64,000 bases of DNA. It comes from a virus. The DNA is taken from the IMG/VR virus record IMGVR_UViG_3300029267_002792. One strand, written 5' to 3'. Shown one piece after another: positions 1 through 10,120 of this stretch. The position numbers and the translations under genes were made by a program. The notes under the pieces were generated by a model. It was not told where the DNA came from. It worked only from the letters and a program-made list of their open reading frames with translations, and searched no databases. Position 1 is the stretch's first letter. The number at the start of each line of letters is the position of its first letter.

Positions 1-64
1 GCACGCGCAGACTATTCACACAATCCCAGAGCCGGCACAGAACCCTCCTCACACCACGACGTGG

Positions 65-733
65 TCACTTCTGGTCCGTCTCAAACTCAAGTACCTCGCA
101 TCTACCAGTACTTTCCTCGATGGTTACATACGTTTGGTGGTGAACCCAATCCCCTGCGTTCACCAACAGCACGCCTTCAATAGTCGACATCCCAGGCAAG
201 TGCGTATGCCCCGCAAGCAAAACGTCCACATCCCAATTCGCCCGAACAAGCCGCCTGTGGAGACCCATACGAGCGCGCGCTATCACCTTGCCCGCCAAGC
301 GTCGAGCCGCCTCCTGGATGTCCCAACCAAACAGAGAGTACACGACTGCCTCGAATCGAGTGATCACCCGCGACAGCGTCCGATGGCACGTGTAGAAGCG
401 ATCGACGGAGTGCCCGTGCAAGAACCGGAACCTAAGGCCTGCAATCTCCTCGGTGTGGTGCGGGCACACTTCAATCTTGTGGTCCCAATGGTTGATCTCC
501 TTGACTACCTCTTCGTCGTGATTGCCGACCGTGTACACCACATTCGCGTCTAGCCGTGAGAGTGTAGCAAGCGTTGAGTCCACCATCGTGACCTCAGGGC
601 GCTGCCAAAGGTCGAACAGATCGCCGAGGACGAAGATCTTAGACCACTCACGCCCCTCCATCAGCGCGAACGCCCGTTTCCACCCCTCGTGACGATTGCG
701 CCCAATATGAAGGTCTGAAACGACGAGAATCAT
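65..733 (-). CDS. Calcineurin-like metallophosphoesterase, LpxH/YbbF-like (222 aa; ATG at 733 overlaps the upstream stop)
   Basis: Motifs SDLH, GDLFD, GNHD, LHGH, GHTH and NAGDW. The track ORF 65..868 is over-extended at the N-terminus. Confidence 0.85.
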   Translation of the reverse strand: MILVVSDLHIGRNRHEGWKRAFALMEGREWSKIFVLGDLFDLWQRPEVTMVDSTLATLSRLDANVVYTVGNHDEEVVKEINHWDHKIEVCPHHTEEIAGLRFRFLHGHSVDRFYTCHRTLSRVITRFEAVVYSLFGWDIQEAARRLAGKVIARARMGLHRRLVRANWDVDVLLAGHTHLPGMSTIEGVLLVNAGDWVHHQTYVTIEESTGRCEVLEFETDQK

Positions 734-1242
734 CCCTGCACCTTTGTGAAATACGGAGAGGTCTCGCAGAACGACTGCAATGCCCCAGAGTCCATAGTCT
801 CGGGGTCCCACTCTTCGGTCCCAGGCACTCCGGCACCCTTCAGAATGCGAGCTACAAACTCCGAGCACGTAACTTTACTAGCGTCCCGACTCGGATTAAG
901 AATCCGGCGACCGAGAAGCCACCAGGTCATCAAGCGTAGAATGTGACCACCAAGGCTCACAAAGTCGTACCCTGTGCCAACATAGGACCTGTTCGTGCGG
1001 ATTCCGGGGGTGAGGTCGATCTCGCACGAGTATCCCACCCAGGACGACCACACCGCCTTTAGCTGTTCGGCCGGGACCTTCTGCACCCCCGCCCCCGTCG
1101 AATGCGCTATCCACCGACCACCCCAAAGCCCGGACCTGTACTCGATCCAAGAATGCGCCCACCGAGAACCAGTAAAGACCCGGATCAGCCACGACACAAA
1201 CGTCTTCTGACTGGAAAAGCCGACTGTGACGTCATACGACAT
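730..1242 (-). CDS. Permuted papain-like NlpC/P60 (YiiX/YebB-like) amidase or lipid hydrolase, 170 aa
   Basis: His (WAHSWI) precedes Cys (TCSEFV), with the intervening YDF motif typical of circularly permuted NlpC/P60. Confidence 0.75.
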   Translation of the reverse strand: MSYDVTVGFSSQKTFVSWLIRVFTGSRWAHSWIEYRSGLWGGRWIAHSTGAGVQKVPAEQLKAVWSSWVGYSCEIDLTPGIRTNRSYVGTGYDFVSLGGHILRLMTWWLLGRRILNPSRDASKVTCSEFVARILKGAGVPGTEEWDPETMDSGALQSFCETSPYFTKVQG

Positions 1243-1243
1243 G

Positions 1244-1504
1244 TCAACCGCTCCCCCTCAACAATTTCTCAGTGAGACCTAGAGTGTCGAGTACCCGACC
1301 GGACCACGCCTTGGGAGTTTCCCCGTCCTGTCTTGCCAACCGTTGGACCAACGCCCTGACCGCCTCGCGAGCTTCCACCCAAGTGAGGCTGTCCCGTCCC
1401 TGCACCCACCCCACTTCACGTGTCCGCCCATCACACCCACACAAACCGTAATGGCCGTAACAGACAGGGCACAAACGAACGGCCACCTCGATGGGCCTGC
1501 CCAT
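1244..1504 (-). CDS. Small hypothetical protein with CPVC...CGC motif (86 aa)
   Basis: GGGGAG ribosome-binding site before ATG 1504; fills the gap between genes. Confidence 0.55.
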   Translation of the reverse strand: MGRPIEVAVRLCPVCYGHYGLCGCDGRTREVGWVQGRDSLTWVEAREAVRALVQRLARQDGETPKAWSGRVLDTLGLTEKLLRGSG

Positions 1505-1506
1505 GG

Positions 1507-2547
1507 TCAGCTCCCCTCTGCTAGGGACACACAGTAAAAGGCGATGGTCCCCATATCTCCTCGACATGGAATGTCGTGCTCGAGGGACACTCGTACCTCC
1601 ATCCCTTTGGAGTGGTAAAGATTGATCGCCGTCCGATACACCCACGGGATCTCGAGAATCGGACTGGAAGTGCCACGAACAGGGCCGCCTATCTGTGGGA
1701 TCGTCGGATACGCACCGTTTGCTTCGTTGATAAAATCCCCCATGGTCTTGTAGACCTTGTCCTCAAGCTGGATCTTCGTCCCAGACGGTATCTGACCCTC
1801 CTCATTCCCGATCATCTCTGGCGGGAGAAAGTAGTCTGCAATCCCCCAGACCGAAAAGCGGATCGTGTCCATCAGCACGACATTCTCTGAAAACTGCACC
1901 TCAGATCCCACCATAGATAGAATCGTCCCCTCATTAGGCGCCATGATCCATTCCGACGTGGTAACGTACGAATAATCCGCTGTGACAACAGCCCCTTCAG
2001 GAACAGCTTCATTGAACTCGACAATGCCATGCTCGTGGTGCACAACGTAATCCCCTGGCCAGTTACCGTTGGGGAGAGAGTCCAAGCAAGTGAACGGAGA
2101 TACCTCCGTCTGTACCTCGTCGTCGACGTAAATGACGGGTAACTTGCCGGAGCTGATCGAGTCCTCGTCGGACACTCTCCCGTGGTTGAGATCGACCCAG
2201 CGATGATGCTGTGCAAAAAATCGCGTTCGGTCGTGGTTGGCCTCCAGCTCCTCCCCCTCAACCCGCACTGACTTGGTGTGCCATGTCAACGGGTCGCAGA
2301 AATTTGGAGAGATGATGTTCGCGCGCGGCTCAGTCGGCTTCTCTGGCCGAATCTTCATATGCCCCGACGTGTCGAAAACTGGCTGATCGCTGTAGACCTC
2401 GACAATACATGTCTTGGTGGTATCGATCGTGTGTGCCGTATTTTTGGGGCAGGTCGTCGGTGTCGGCTCACCTTCGGCGATCAGCCAAGTTACCCACGCT
2501 GACTCGTCTTCGCACCACAACCTGTACTTGTATGTGGTCGCCATCAC
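1507..2547 (-). CDS. Putative virion structural protein (346 aa)
   Basis: Beta-rich, acidic ORF coupled to the fibre genes; no catalytic motif recognised. Confidence 0.55.
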   Translation of the reverse strand: MMATTYKYRLWCEDESAWVTWLIAEGEPTPTTCPKNTAHTIDTTKTCIVEVYSDQPVFDTSGHMKIRPEKPTEPRANIISPNFCDPLTWHTKSVRVEGEELEANHDRTRFFAQHHRWVDLNHGRVSDEDSISSGKLPVIYVDDEVQTEVSPFTCLDSLPNGNWPGDYVVHHEHGIVEFNEAVPEGAVVTADYSYVTTSEWIMAPNEGTILSMVGSEVQFSENVVLMDTIRFSVWGIADYFLPPEMIGNEEGQIPSGTKIQLEDKVYKTMGDFINEANGAYPTIPQIGGPVRGTSSPILEIPWVYRTAINLYHSKGMEVRVSLEHDIPCRGDMGTIAFYCVSLAEGS

Positions 2548-3743
2548 GTCTTCTCCCGTACAAACTCGATATGGCCGCTGTGGACCGTGTAACGGCCTGC
2601 AGCAAGTTGCCTCACCTGAAGGTCAATGATAGCCCGCCCAACCTGAAAATCGGAGATCGGGCGGTCCGAATCGGCGAGCGTCACGTAACCAACTCCAGCA
2701 CCAGAGGAGGAGAGAACATCGCCGACAACCACCCTATGAGTCACATCGAATAAGCGGAGTTCGACAACCCCGGCAGTTGACAAGTGCGCCGCTACCACAA
2801 AGTTGTAGACGGCCGTAAACCCAGGAATTCCGTAGAGGGATGGGTCGATGCAACACCGGACAGCCGTTCTCCATGGCGTGGGATAAACTGGATTGATCGG
2901 AACAACCAAAAGGGAGGAACCGACTGGCATGTCCACACTAGACACGATCTTCGCACCAGAGGGGAGGGTGGGAGGATGGGTATGTAGACCAGTTTCTCCA
3001 CCACCTGTCAAAGCATTCAAATTTGCGTCCGTACGATTACCGCCAACGGTGAGCATGTTTGGCGAATGCTTGTTGTTCCCGTGAACAGCTGTACCGCCTG
3101 GGCGCGGAGCCCACTTCCACGGGGCTTCTGGCGCTACCTGGCGATACTCGATGTCCTCGTCCTGGACAGGAACGACTGTACCATCTGCCGGAGCCGTAAA
3201 CTCCCACACGCTTCCGGACCACTCCACTATCTCACCGTCGTGACCGACCCAATCACCACTACCAGTCCCCAAAATCAGATAGCGATCCTCAACTTCTGGC
3301 GACTCGGGAGGCTCCAAGACACTCGCGCTGATTACCGGCAGCTCCCACGTAATCCCCTCAATGGCCGCGTCGAGGGACGCTTGGTCAACAACAGGGTTTT
3401 CACCACTGAGTGCTATGTTCGCATCCAGAGCGGCCTTCTGCGCAATCGTCTGATGCCGATCATCCAAACCTACATCCGCAAGATCGCTGTGAGCGAGCAC
3501 CCCCTGTACTGGCGGACCATTTGCTGCAACCGACGAACCCTCGGCGTCCAAGTCGACCCCATCAATCGTGAGAAGTACGCTCCCGCCATCAACAGCCGCC
3601 CCTAGCTCTGGATCGCAAAGGATCTGATAGAACGGTGCGTAGTCAGTAAGAACAGCCTCCCCACTTGCCGGAATCACTACACCGATCTCGTACAACGGGA
3701 CTGGACTGCCAGTTTGATTCCTGGCCACAATCGTGTCGACCAT
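2544..3743 (-). CDS. Putative tail fibre protein with DUF2793-like domain (399 aa)
   Basis: Segment PPESPEVEDRYLI...GDWVGHDGEIVEWSGSVWEF..P resembles DUF2793; an HTH (HxH) metal/trimer motif follows. Confidence 0.65.
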   Translation of the reverse strand: MVDTIVARNQTGSPVPLYEIGVVIPASGEAVLTDYAPFYQILCDPELGAAVDGGSVLLTIDGVDLDAEGSSVAANGPPVQGVLAHSDLADVGLDDRHQTIAQKAALDANIALSGENPVVDQASLDAAIEGITWELPVISASVLEPPESPEVEDRYLILGTGSGDWVGHDGEIVEWSGSVWEFTAPADGTVVPVQDEDIEYRQVAPEAPWKWAPRPGGTAVHGNNKHSPNMLTVGGNRTDANLNALTGGGETGLHTHPPTLPSGAKIVSSVDMPVGSSLLVVPINPVYPTPWRTAVRCCIDPSLYGIPGFTAVYNFVVAAHLSTAGVVELRLFDVTHRVVVGDVLSSSGAGVGYVTLADSDRPISDFQVGRAIIDLQVRQLAAGRYTVHSGHIEFVREKT

Positions 3744-3745
3744 GA

Positions 3746-4546
3746 CTACGCCCTCCGCTTCAGCACAGCCAAGATCTGGCCATTCGTGACAGCAGCCCCA
3801 CCAGCAGCATTAGCAAAACCAAGATGGCCAGCGGCAAGATCGATATCAGCGGAGACGTCCTCAGTGAAGTTCCCAGTGTGCGCGAGAGACCCGACTAAAG
3901 ACACCCCCTGATAGACCTCCAAAGTCGAGGAGACGACGTTCTCCGTCTGGATTGCGAGGTACACGATCGTTGACTTCGGAACCGGGATGCCGGCTGTAGT
4001 GGAGAACTGCACGTACCCGACAGCACGGTAAGGTATACCAGCACCGGTACTTACATACCGACCAGCCTGAATGGCCAGGGTACCCACGGAGAGCCACTTC
4101 GCCCGAACGCTGTCGTACCGCATCTGCTCTTGCAACGTCAGATTGAAATACTGATCCCCTGGGTACGGAGAACCCCCTGGATCTGATATTGCGGGGGTGT
4201 TGTGCATGATCTTGTTGATGCGCGCGTCGTCCCCTAGGTGCACCCCCGAGTTCTGAAGGAGCTTCCCTGTCGCACCATCCCACCGAGCGATAGAGTTGTC
4301 CGTAGAAGAAGCAGGACCTACGACGTCCGCGCCTCCACCTTGAGCTTCCCACGCCGTGTTGGCGGAATTCCGCTTGTAGAGCTTTGCCTGATCATCCCTC
4401 CAAAAATACTCGTCCGCCTGAGGGGAGATCGGGAAGCTCGTACCATGGGGCGGGATCAAAATGCCACCAAGGCCGCGATCATACTCGTGTTGACCGACAG
4501 CAACCCAGGTATCACTAGGGTCGACTATGACTTGATTCACAGGCAT
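3746..4546 (-). CDS. Putative tail fibre protein (266 aa)
   Basis: Two PxSPxxG/AD-F...LY...W fibre motifs and DVVGPASSTDNSIARWDGATGKLLQNS, a recurrent fibre segment. Confidence 0.6.
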   Translation of the reverse strand: MPVNQVIVDPSDTWVAVGQHEYDRGLGGILIPPHGTSFPISPQADEYFWRDDQAKLYKRNSANTAWEAQGGGADVVGPASSTDNSIARWDGATGKLLQNSGVHLGDDARINKIMHNTPAISDPGGSPYPGDQYFNLTLQEQMRYDSVRAKWLSVGTLAIQAGRYVSTGAGIPYRAVGYVQFSTTAGIPVPKSTIVYLAIQTENVVSSTLEVYQGVSLVGSLAHTGNFTEDVSADIDLAAGHLGFANAAGGAAVTNGQILAVLKRRA

Positions 4547-4547
4547 G

Positions 4548-5234
4548 CTACGTTCTCACCCAATCCACATTGTCAATCCGCGATCCAGAATATGTGTAAG
4601 TACCCGTCATCGTCTCCACTAAAACACCTAGCCCATCATACTGCTTTCGCTCCTCAGTGGTGATCCTAGAACCCGTATATGTGTAGTCGATCACTCGAAT
4701 AGGGGTCGTCTTCGAGGCGTTCGTCCACCATCCTTCCTGCACCAACCGCCAACCAGAATACGTCGGCTCGTAATATGAGGTCTCGTCTATTTCATGGGTG
4801 AGCTGGTCTATTTGACGGTGCTGCTCATCCGTCATCACGCCTTCGCGAGGGTTGAACACACCAAGCGAGTCACGCATTCGGAAAGCACTGCCGCTGTACT
4901 TAGCCTGACCCGGGGTTGAAGGGTCCGGTGCGTCTGACAACAACTCGAGGGTATGGTTGATCCGCGTGAGATTACTTGCGAGAGCCTCGAAGATGAGGCC
5001 GTCACCGCTGTCCGTGACACGGAAGAACTCACTGGCTGAGGTTCCGCCGAGCTGGTAGACACCCTTCTTGCAATTCAAATAAAGGGCCTGAGCATCAGGC
5101 CCATACACAGAAATCGAGAAGTTCCCCGCGCTCCGTCTCAATATAGCGTAGCGTGATTCATCATTCGGATCGTAGATGTGGACCGAATCCTCTTCATAAA
5201 GAGGACCGTCAAAGGCCTGCGGAGTACGTCCCAT
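4548..5234 (-). CDS. Putative virion protein with C-terminal YTY/YD-like beta repeats (228 aa)
   Basis: C-terminal DYTYTGSRITTEE...YTYSGSRI; located in the fibre cluster. Confidence 0.5.
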   Translation of the reverse strand: MGRTPQAFDGPLYEEDSVHIYDPNDESRYAILRRSAGNFSISVYGPDAQALYLNCKKGVYQLGGTSASEFFRVTDSGDGLIFEALASNLTRINHTLELLSDAPDPSTPGQAKYSGSAFRMRDSLGVFNPREGVMTDEQHRQIDQLTHEIDETSYYEPTYSGWRLVQEGWWTNASKTTPIRVIDYTYTGSRITTEERKQYDGLGVLVETMTGTYTYSGSRIDNVDWVRT

Positions 5235-5240
5235 CCTGCA

Positions 5241-5810
5241 CTACTTACCCTTCTTGCTGCTCCCTTTTCTCGGTTTCGCGCGCTTTGCTTTGGAAACCTT
5301 CTCAACCTCAACCTCAGCCACCCCCTCATCCTCGCGCTGGTATTTCAACGGGAGAGGAGCCTCACGATCCTGCACATCCTCAACCTTCAGCTCGCCTGAC
5401 TCGATCTGCCGCTGCAGCTCGCGCAGCTTCGCAAGCTCCTCTTCCGCCGACTTCTGGACCACAGCCTCCGCCTGCTGGAGACCTTTCATTCGTCCCGCAG
5501 CAACTTGAATCGCGATTCCGGCTGCCGTTGCTAAGTTATCAATCGCTCCGACAGCCCTCCGATTCCACTTTTTGATGAAGATTTCGACCTGCTTCGGGTC
5601 CTTCAGCATCTCCGCCGTCAACTCCCCGTCCTTGAAAGCCCGGTCGAGCTTCAACCCAAGGTCCCCAACGGCTTTGGCGGCTTCCTTGAGAGCGTCGACA
5701 GCCCCCTCCTGGCGGAGACGATCTTTCTCCGCCACGGAGGCCATTTTGGAGTACTGAGCACCTAGCGATTTTGCCAGGTCAACTTTCAGCATCGACTTGT
5801 TCACATTCAT
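5241..5810 (-). CDS. Hypothetical helical/coiled-coil protein with basic C-tail (about 189 aa)
   Basis: ORF track 5241..5828; GAGG ribosome-binding site favours ATG 5810. Confidence 0.6.
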   Translation of the reverse strand: MNVNKSMLKVDLAKSLGAQYSKMASVAEKDRLRQEGAVDALKEAAKAVGDLGLKLDRAFKDGELTAEMLKDPKQVEIFIKKWNRRAVGAIDNLATAAGIAIQVAAGRMKGLQQAEAVVQKSAEEELAKLRELQRQIESGELKVEDVQDREAPLPLKYQREDEGVAEVEVEKVSKAKRAKPRKGSSKKGK

Positions 5811-5856
5811 CCACGTCCTCACTTTCATCCGTCATAGGTAGGGAATTCAAAAACTG

Positions 5857-7464
5857 CTACGGAACGGGATCGCCCCACGTGAGCATCGTGATCACGTCCG
5901 GACGGGTACCCCCGCGGTAGCGGAGTGGATACTCCGCGTAGAAACAGCCGTACTGACGCTCCGCCGCAACAGCACTGGGGTAAACATCGTGGTTAGCCGC
6001 GGCGTCCGCGCCGTTACGCTGGAGGAGACCGTTGATGAAAACATCCACGTCGCTCGTGAACGTCAGCGCCCGGTAGTCGCAAAGATCGGCTGTAATGTTG
6101 GCCGTTCCGGGACCACTTGGCCCTTCGATCAGGATGTCTGCAGGGATGTTCTGAGAAACCTCAGCCACAGCCTTGCAACGGGTCACGCCTTCAGACGCCT
6201 GAACGATGGCGTTGAGGAGGGAGACCTCCCCAAACTCTGCCTCGAAGGCATCCCACTCAGCCGTGGTTTCGGAGAGCTTGATACCGTCAGTCTGCGCCCA
6301 CGTCGAGCCGGTCTGGTTCACGTCATCCAGGAACATCTCGGCAGCCGCCTGGAGATGCAAATCGTCGGAGCCCGTGGTCTCGACGTGGCCGGCGGTTACA
6401 CCGATGTGGATAGGGGTCGACCCGGTCGCCACCTGCAACTGGTTGGCGAAGTCGTTGTCGATGGCGTCGTTGTCGAAGACATCGACATCAGAGCCGAACT
6501 CGATCTCAGAGGTCGCCCCGGCCGATCCCTCGATGACCGAAAACAGGTTGGCTTCCAGATCGTCGCGGATACGCCAAATAAGCCCAGCTCCCTCCAGATC
6601 GAGGATGGCGTTGGTCGTGAGGTCGACGGGAACGACTCCCTGGTTGTCGTAGACACCCTGCCGGTTCTGGGAGGCCGCACCCTGATCGGTGAAGTCATCA
6701 CCGAGCCACGCGTGCTCAGGAATGTCCTCGAAGGCCCAACGCTCGGTCGGCTTGTAGTCGATGGACTTACCATCCATAGTACCAGCCGCTGCGAGTTCCA
6801 GGTCGTCGCCCGTCGCGTTCGCCACAACAAATGAAATCTGCACCCGGTTCGGAGTGGTGGTACTGATGGTGTGACCGTCCGTGTTGCTCTCACTCTGGAG
6901 CAGACCGTACACCTCACGCCCAGAGCCGTCTGTGATCGGATCTCGTGTGGCTGCGTCCACGATCAGGCAGAGGTTCTTCGGAGTGAGAGTGTCACCACCC
7001 GCAACCTCGGTCAGCGTCGCAGTATCGAAGCTAGCCTCATACGCCACAATGGTACCGAGCGTCTGCACAGCACCAACTGCCGCCGTAGTGTTCCCCGGAA
7101 GCTCCCCCGCAGCCGTCAAAACAACGTGCTGGGCATTGACGGCGATCGGGCCGACGTCCGCACCAACGACCGCTCGACGCTTCAGGATTCGTTGTCGCTG
7201 AACGTCCCAAAGGTCCTGACCCAGGCTATCCACGCCACGTCTTGTCGGGGACTCCGACACAAACGTGGTCGGAATCGTGATGTCGTCGTACCAGTTCCCA
7301 GTCCGCACCTTCAACAGGTTGTGAACGGCCGATCGCAGGTTGTTGAAGTCGTCCTCGGCGTGCGAGGTGTTCGTCTCATAATTCGCCAACGACGGCGCAA
7401 TCGAATCATCGTAAGTTTCGGAAGGCTGGACCTGCTCTTCCTGTCTAACCGCGGTGCGCGTCAT
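5857..7464 (-). CDS. Putative tail/baseplate-associated structural protein (535 aa)
   Basis: Acidic, Thr/Gly-rich; C-terminal VDVFINGLLQRNG motif common in virion proteins; follows the wedge gene. Confidence 0.55.
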   Translation of the reverse strand: MTRTAVRQEEQVQPSETYDDSIAPSLANYETNTSHAEDDFNNLRSAVHNLLKVRTGNWYDDITIPTTFVSESPTRRGVDSLGQDLWDVQRQRILKRRAVVGADVGPIAVNAQHVVLTAAGELPGNTTAAVGAVQTLGTIVAYEASFDTATLTEVAGGDTLTPKNLCLIVDAATRDPITDGSGREVYGLLQSESNTDGHTISTTTPNRVQISFVVANATGDDLELAAAGTMDGKSIDYKPTERWAFEDIPEHAWLGDDFTDQGAASQNRQGVYDNQGVVPVDLTTNAILDLEGAGLIWRIRDDLEANLFSVIEGSAGATSEIEFGSDVDVFDNDAIDNDFANQLQVATGSTPIHIGVTAGHVETTGSDDLHLQAAAEMFLDDVNQTGSTWAQTDGIKLSETTAEWDAFEAEFGEVSLLNAIVQASEGVTRCKAVAEVSQNIPADILIEGPSGPGTANITADLCDYRALTFTSDVDVFINGLLQRNGADAAANHDVYPSAVAAERQYGCFYAEYPLRYRGGTRPDVITMLTWGDPVP

Positions 7465-7569
7465 GGGTGTCTCCCTTCCCCCGCCAAAGTGTCAAACTTG
7501 GCTCAGTGTACCACCCAGCACGCCGATCCCGCCACCGCGTCCGGTGTAAAATCTCAATGAATACAGCGC

Positions 7570-9738
7570 CTATGTGGTATAGACCTCGGGGTTCACAGTG
7601 ATCGTGCCCAACGTAATGACTTCGCTCTCCTCGATGATTAGGTTACCGCTCGCATCCAGCTTCGAGGTGAGTGTCGTAGTACCGTCCGTATCCAAGTGGC
7701 CAGAAATACGGGCGTTGACGAAGGCTACCCCGTCAATCGCGAGAATCACGTCGTCCAGATCAGACTCGTAAAGCGACACCCCCACCGCTCGGCCGCGAAG
7801 GACGCCCTGCACCGCCGCTTCCACTGCCGTCTTTATGGCTGCCGTGGAGTAGTTCTTGAAGATCCCCACACGCACGGTAATCACAGGTCGAACGAGTGAA
7901 TTCTCCCCTGACGTGACAGCTACCGACTGGGTCACCTCCTTACGAGCGTCCAAGTCCGTTTGAAGAGAATCGATGAGACCAGTCGATGGCGCCGTGTAGA
8001 ACCCACCCGCATCCCGAGCCAGAATTGCCACTGTTACAAGGTTCGCCTTGCAGTCGGAAGCGAGCACGCGATCCAGGTGAGCGTTGATCCCGTCCCTGGA
8101 AGTTTCCACCACAGTCACGAGGTCCGCATTCGCAGTGTCAATAGCGTCCGATTCTGTCTGGATAATGGCCACCTGGGCCACGAGGGTGACCCCTTGCTGG
8201 GTCGCATCGTTCAGGTAGGTACCGGAGGTGACAAGATCGGTCCCGGTCTCCTCCGTCGAAGTGCGGATCGAGTTGGCATCGCTGACGATGGCATTGGCCG
8301 AGGCCTCCACACTCGCCGCCGCGGAGGTGATAGCATCCGCCTCCGCATCGATCAGGTTGAACTGGGCATTGATATTACTCTTCTCGGTAGGGTCGGCACT
8401 CGAAGCGTTCACCAGAGCAATACCACTCGAAACGTGCCCCTTGATATCGGAAGCGTCCGTAGAAATCTCCCCCGTGCTGTTCTTTATTGCCCGTGCGGAC
8501 GCCCTGGCAGTGGTGGCCTCCGACTCAATCGAAGCCAGCTCAGAAGCGATGTCCCCAATAGCCGAGGAAAGGTCAGTCAGAGCCGTTCTGGCGATATCAA
8601 GAGCATCACCTATGTTACCCGTCGATATTGTGAGCGACGAATTCAGAGCATCGACCTGGTTCAGAATATTCGTCATGTAGTTCTGAACCGTCAGGTCCCC
8701 TCCGGCCGATCTGGAAGAGATCGCTTTCGCCACAGCTACACGCCCGAACAGTGGGTCCGCGTATGATCCCGCCAGACCGTCGTAGTCCTCGCCAGTGATC
8801 GCCTTCCCAGCCGATTTCCAAACCTTGGGTGCGAACGCCTTCGCGCTGGCAAGCGTCTCGCGATCATCCCCACCTGAAGACCCCTCCGGGTTGGTAATCG
8901 TGAGAGGAATCTCTGTGAACGCCACAACCAGTGGGGTCGTTTCCTCGTCAATCGTGCCCGAAGAGACCAGCCCCGACTTACCTCTGGAAGCAACGTACGT
9001 GACGTTTATCGACGCCCCGGCCGTCGGGATATTCCCGGCGATTCCATCTCCAAATCGAATAGTGGACGGATCGTCGTTGTACCCTGCCTCGAACTGGTCC
9101 GTTGCACCATACTCGAGTAAGTCGGACTCGTCCCACACCGCCCCATCAACAGTCACCTCCACAGTGCCCTGAACAACGAACTCGTCCTCCGGAATGCGCC
9201 GAAGCTCGAACACCTGGGCAGAGGTCCCATCCGATACAAAACTCTCCTGTATCGTCTCTCCCTCGTATGCCGGGATGACTTTGTGGTTGGCAATCCCCTG
9301 CTCAGCGGGGGTGAAAACAACATCCTCCGCGCACTCGAAAATCAGCCCGTCCGGCCCATCGAACTGGAACCTGGCTGGAACCGTCACATCGAACGCAAAC
9401 ACTTCCCGAACCGTGACGTGTAAGTCGACCGATGACGCAACAGCTCCGCCCATCTTGTACCCGAGCTGCCTACTCGTGCGGGACACGCTGGCTCGTGTGC
9501 GGGCGGTGGCGAGGTAGGTGTCGGTCGCCCGCCGATCCAGATAGAAACTCATCGTATCCAACCCGTAAGCCGTCAGGTCCAACAACATGATCCCGAGGCT
9601 AGACACGGAGAAATCGTTGAAGTCGGAAGCGTACTTCACCTGTAGCTGGGCCAACAGGTCATCATTGTGGGTATCGAAATCCAGCCCAGCATACCGGGCA
9701 CGGTTCAGGGACCCTAGTGCAAGCTCCACCATAACCAC
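7570..9738 (-). CDS. Baseplate wedge protein, T4 gp6/P2 gpJ-like, with helical insertion (722 aa)
   Basis: N-terminal LDFD...NDF...LLDLTAY...DR...YL.TA...S; IRFGDG..G.IP..G; GGDDRETL...K..AP; KAITGEDY. Confidence 0.85.
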   Translation of the reverse strand: MVMVELALGSLNRARYAGLDFDTHNDDLLAQLQVKYASDFNDFSVSSLGIMLLDLTAYGLDTMSFYLDRRATDTYLATARTRASVSRTSRQLGYKMGGAVASSVDLHVTVREVFAFDVTVPARFQFDGPDGLIFECAEDVVFTPAEQGIANHKVIPAYEGETIQESFVSDGTSAQVFELRRIPEDEFVVQGTVEVTVDGAVWDESDLLEYGATDQFEAGYNDDPSTIRFGDGIAGNIPTAGASINVTYVASRGKSGLVSSGTIDEETTPLVVAFTEIPLTITNPEGSSGGDDRETLASAKAFAPKVWKSAGKAITGEDYDGLAGSYADPLFGRVAVAKAISSRSAGGDLTVQNYMTNILNQVDALNSSLTISTGNIGDALDIARTALTDLSSAIGDIASELASIESEATTARASARAIKNSTGEISTDASDIKGHVSSGIALVNASSADPTEKSNINAQFNLIDAEADAITSAAASVEASANAIVSDANSIRTSTEETGTDLVTSGTYLNDATQQGVTLVAQVAIIQTESDAIDTANADLVTVVETSRDGINAHLDRVLASDCKANLVTVAILARDAGGFYTAPSTGLIDSLQTDLDARKEVTQSVAVTSGENSLVRPVITVRVGIFKNYSTAAIKTAVEAAVQGVLRGRAVGVSLYESDLDDVILAIDGVAFVNARISGHLDTDGTTTLTSKLDASGNLIIEESEVITLGTITVNPEVYTT

Positions 9739-9742
9739 CCTC

Positions 9743-10120
9743 TCACAACGCAGGAATCGCCATTGCAGCCGACCCCGGCTTTCTCGTGGACAACACTATG
9801 TAGCTGATCGTCAGAATGACTTCCGAACGCCGCTGCTCGACCCGCACATCGACCAGCTGAACCCGAGGCTCGTACTTTCCGATCACAGCCTGAACCTCTG
9901 CCCGGATAAGATTGCCGAGGACGACATCGTTGTTCTCGAATACAAACGCCTTGGCGTTGGTGCCGACATCGGGGCGCATCACGCGCTCACCGTTCGTCGT
10001 CATGATTAGCTGCGTGAGCGAATCTTTGATGACGTCGTCATCCGTCGCTGCTGCAGGCAACCCTGTACCACTCTTCTGAAACGGATACTTGATCCCCTTG
10101 TAAATAACCGGAGTAGCCAT
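9743..10120 (-). CDS. gp25/GPW-like baseplate sheath initiator (125 aa)
   Basis: IKDSLTQLIMTTNGERVMRPDVGT and YEPRV motifs; ATG overlaps the upstream TGA. Confidence 0.9.
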   Translation of the reverse strand: MATPVIYKGIKYPFQKSGTGLPAAATDDDVIKDSLTQLIMTTNGERVMRPDVGTNAKAFVFENNDVVLGNLIRAEVQAVIGKYEPRVQLVDVRVEQRRSEVILTISYIVLSTRKPGSAAMAIPAL

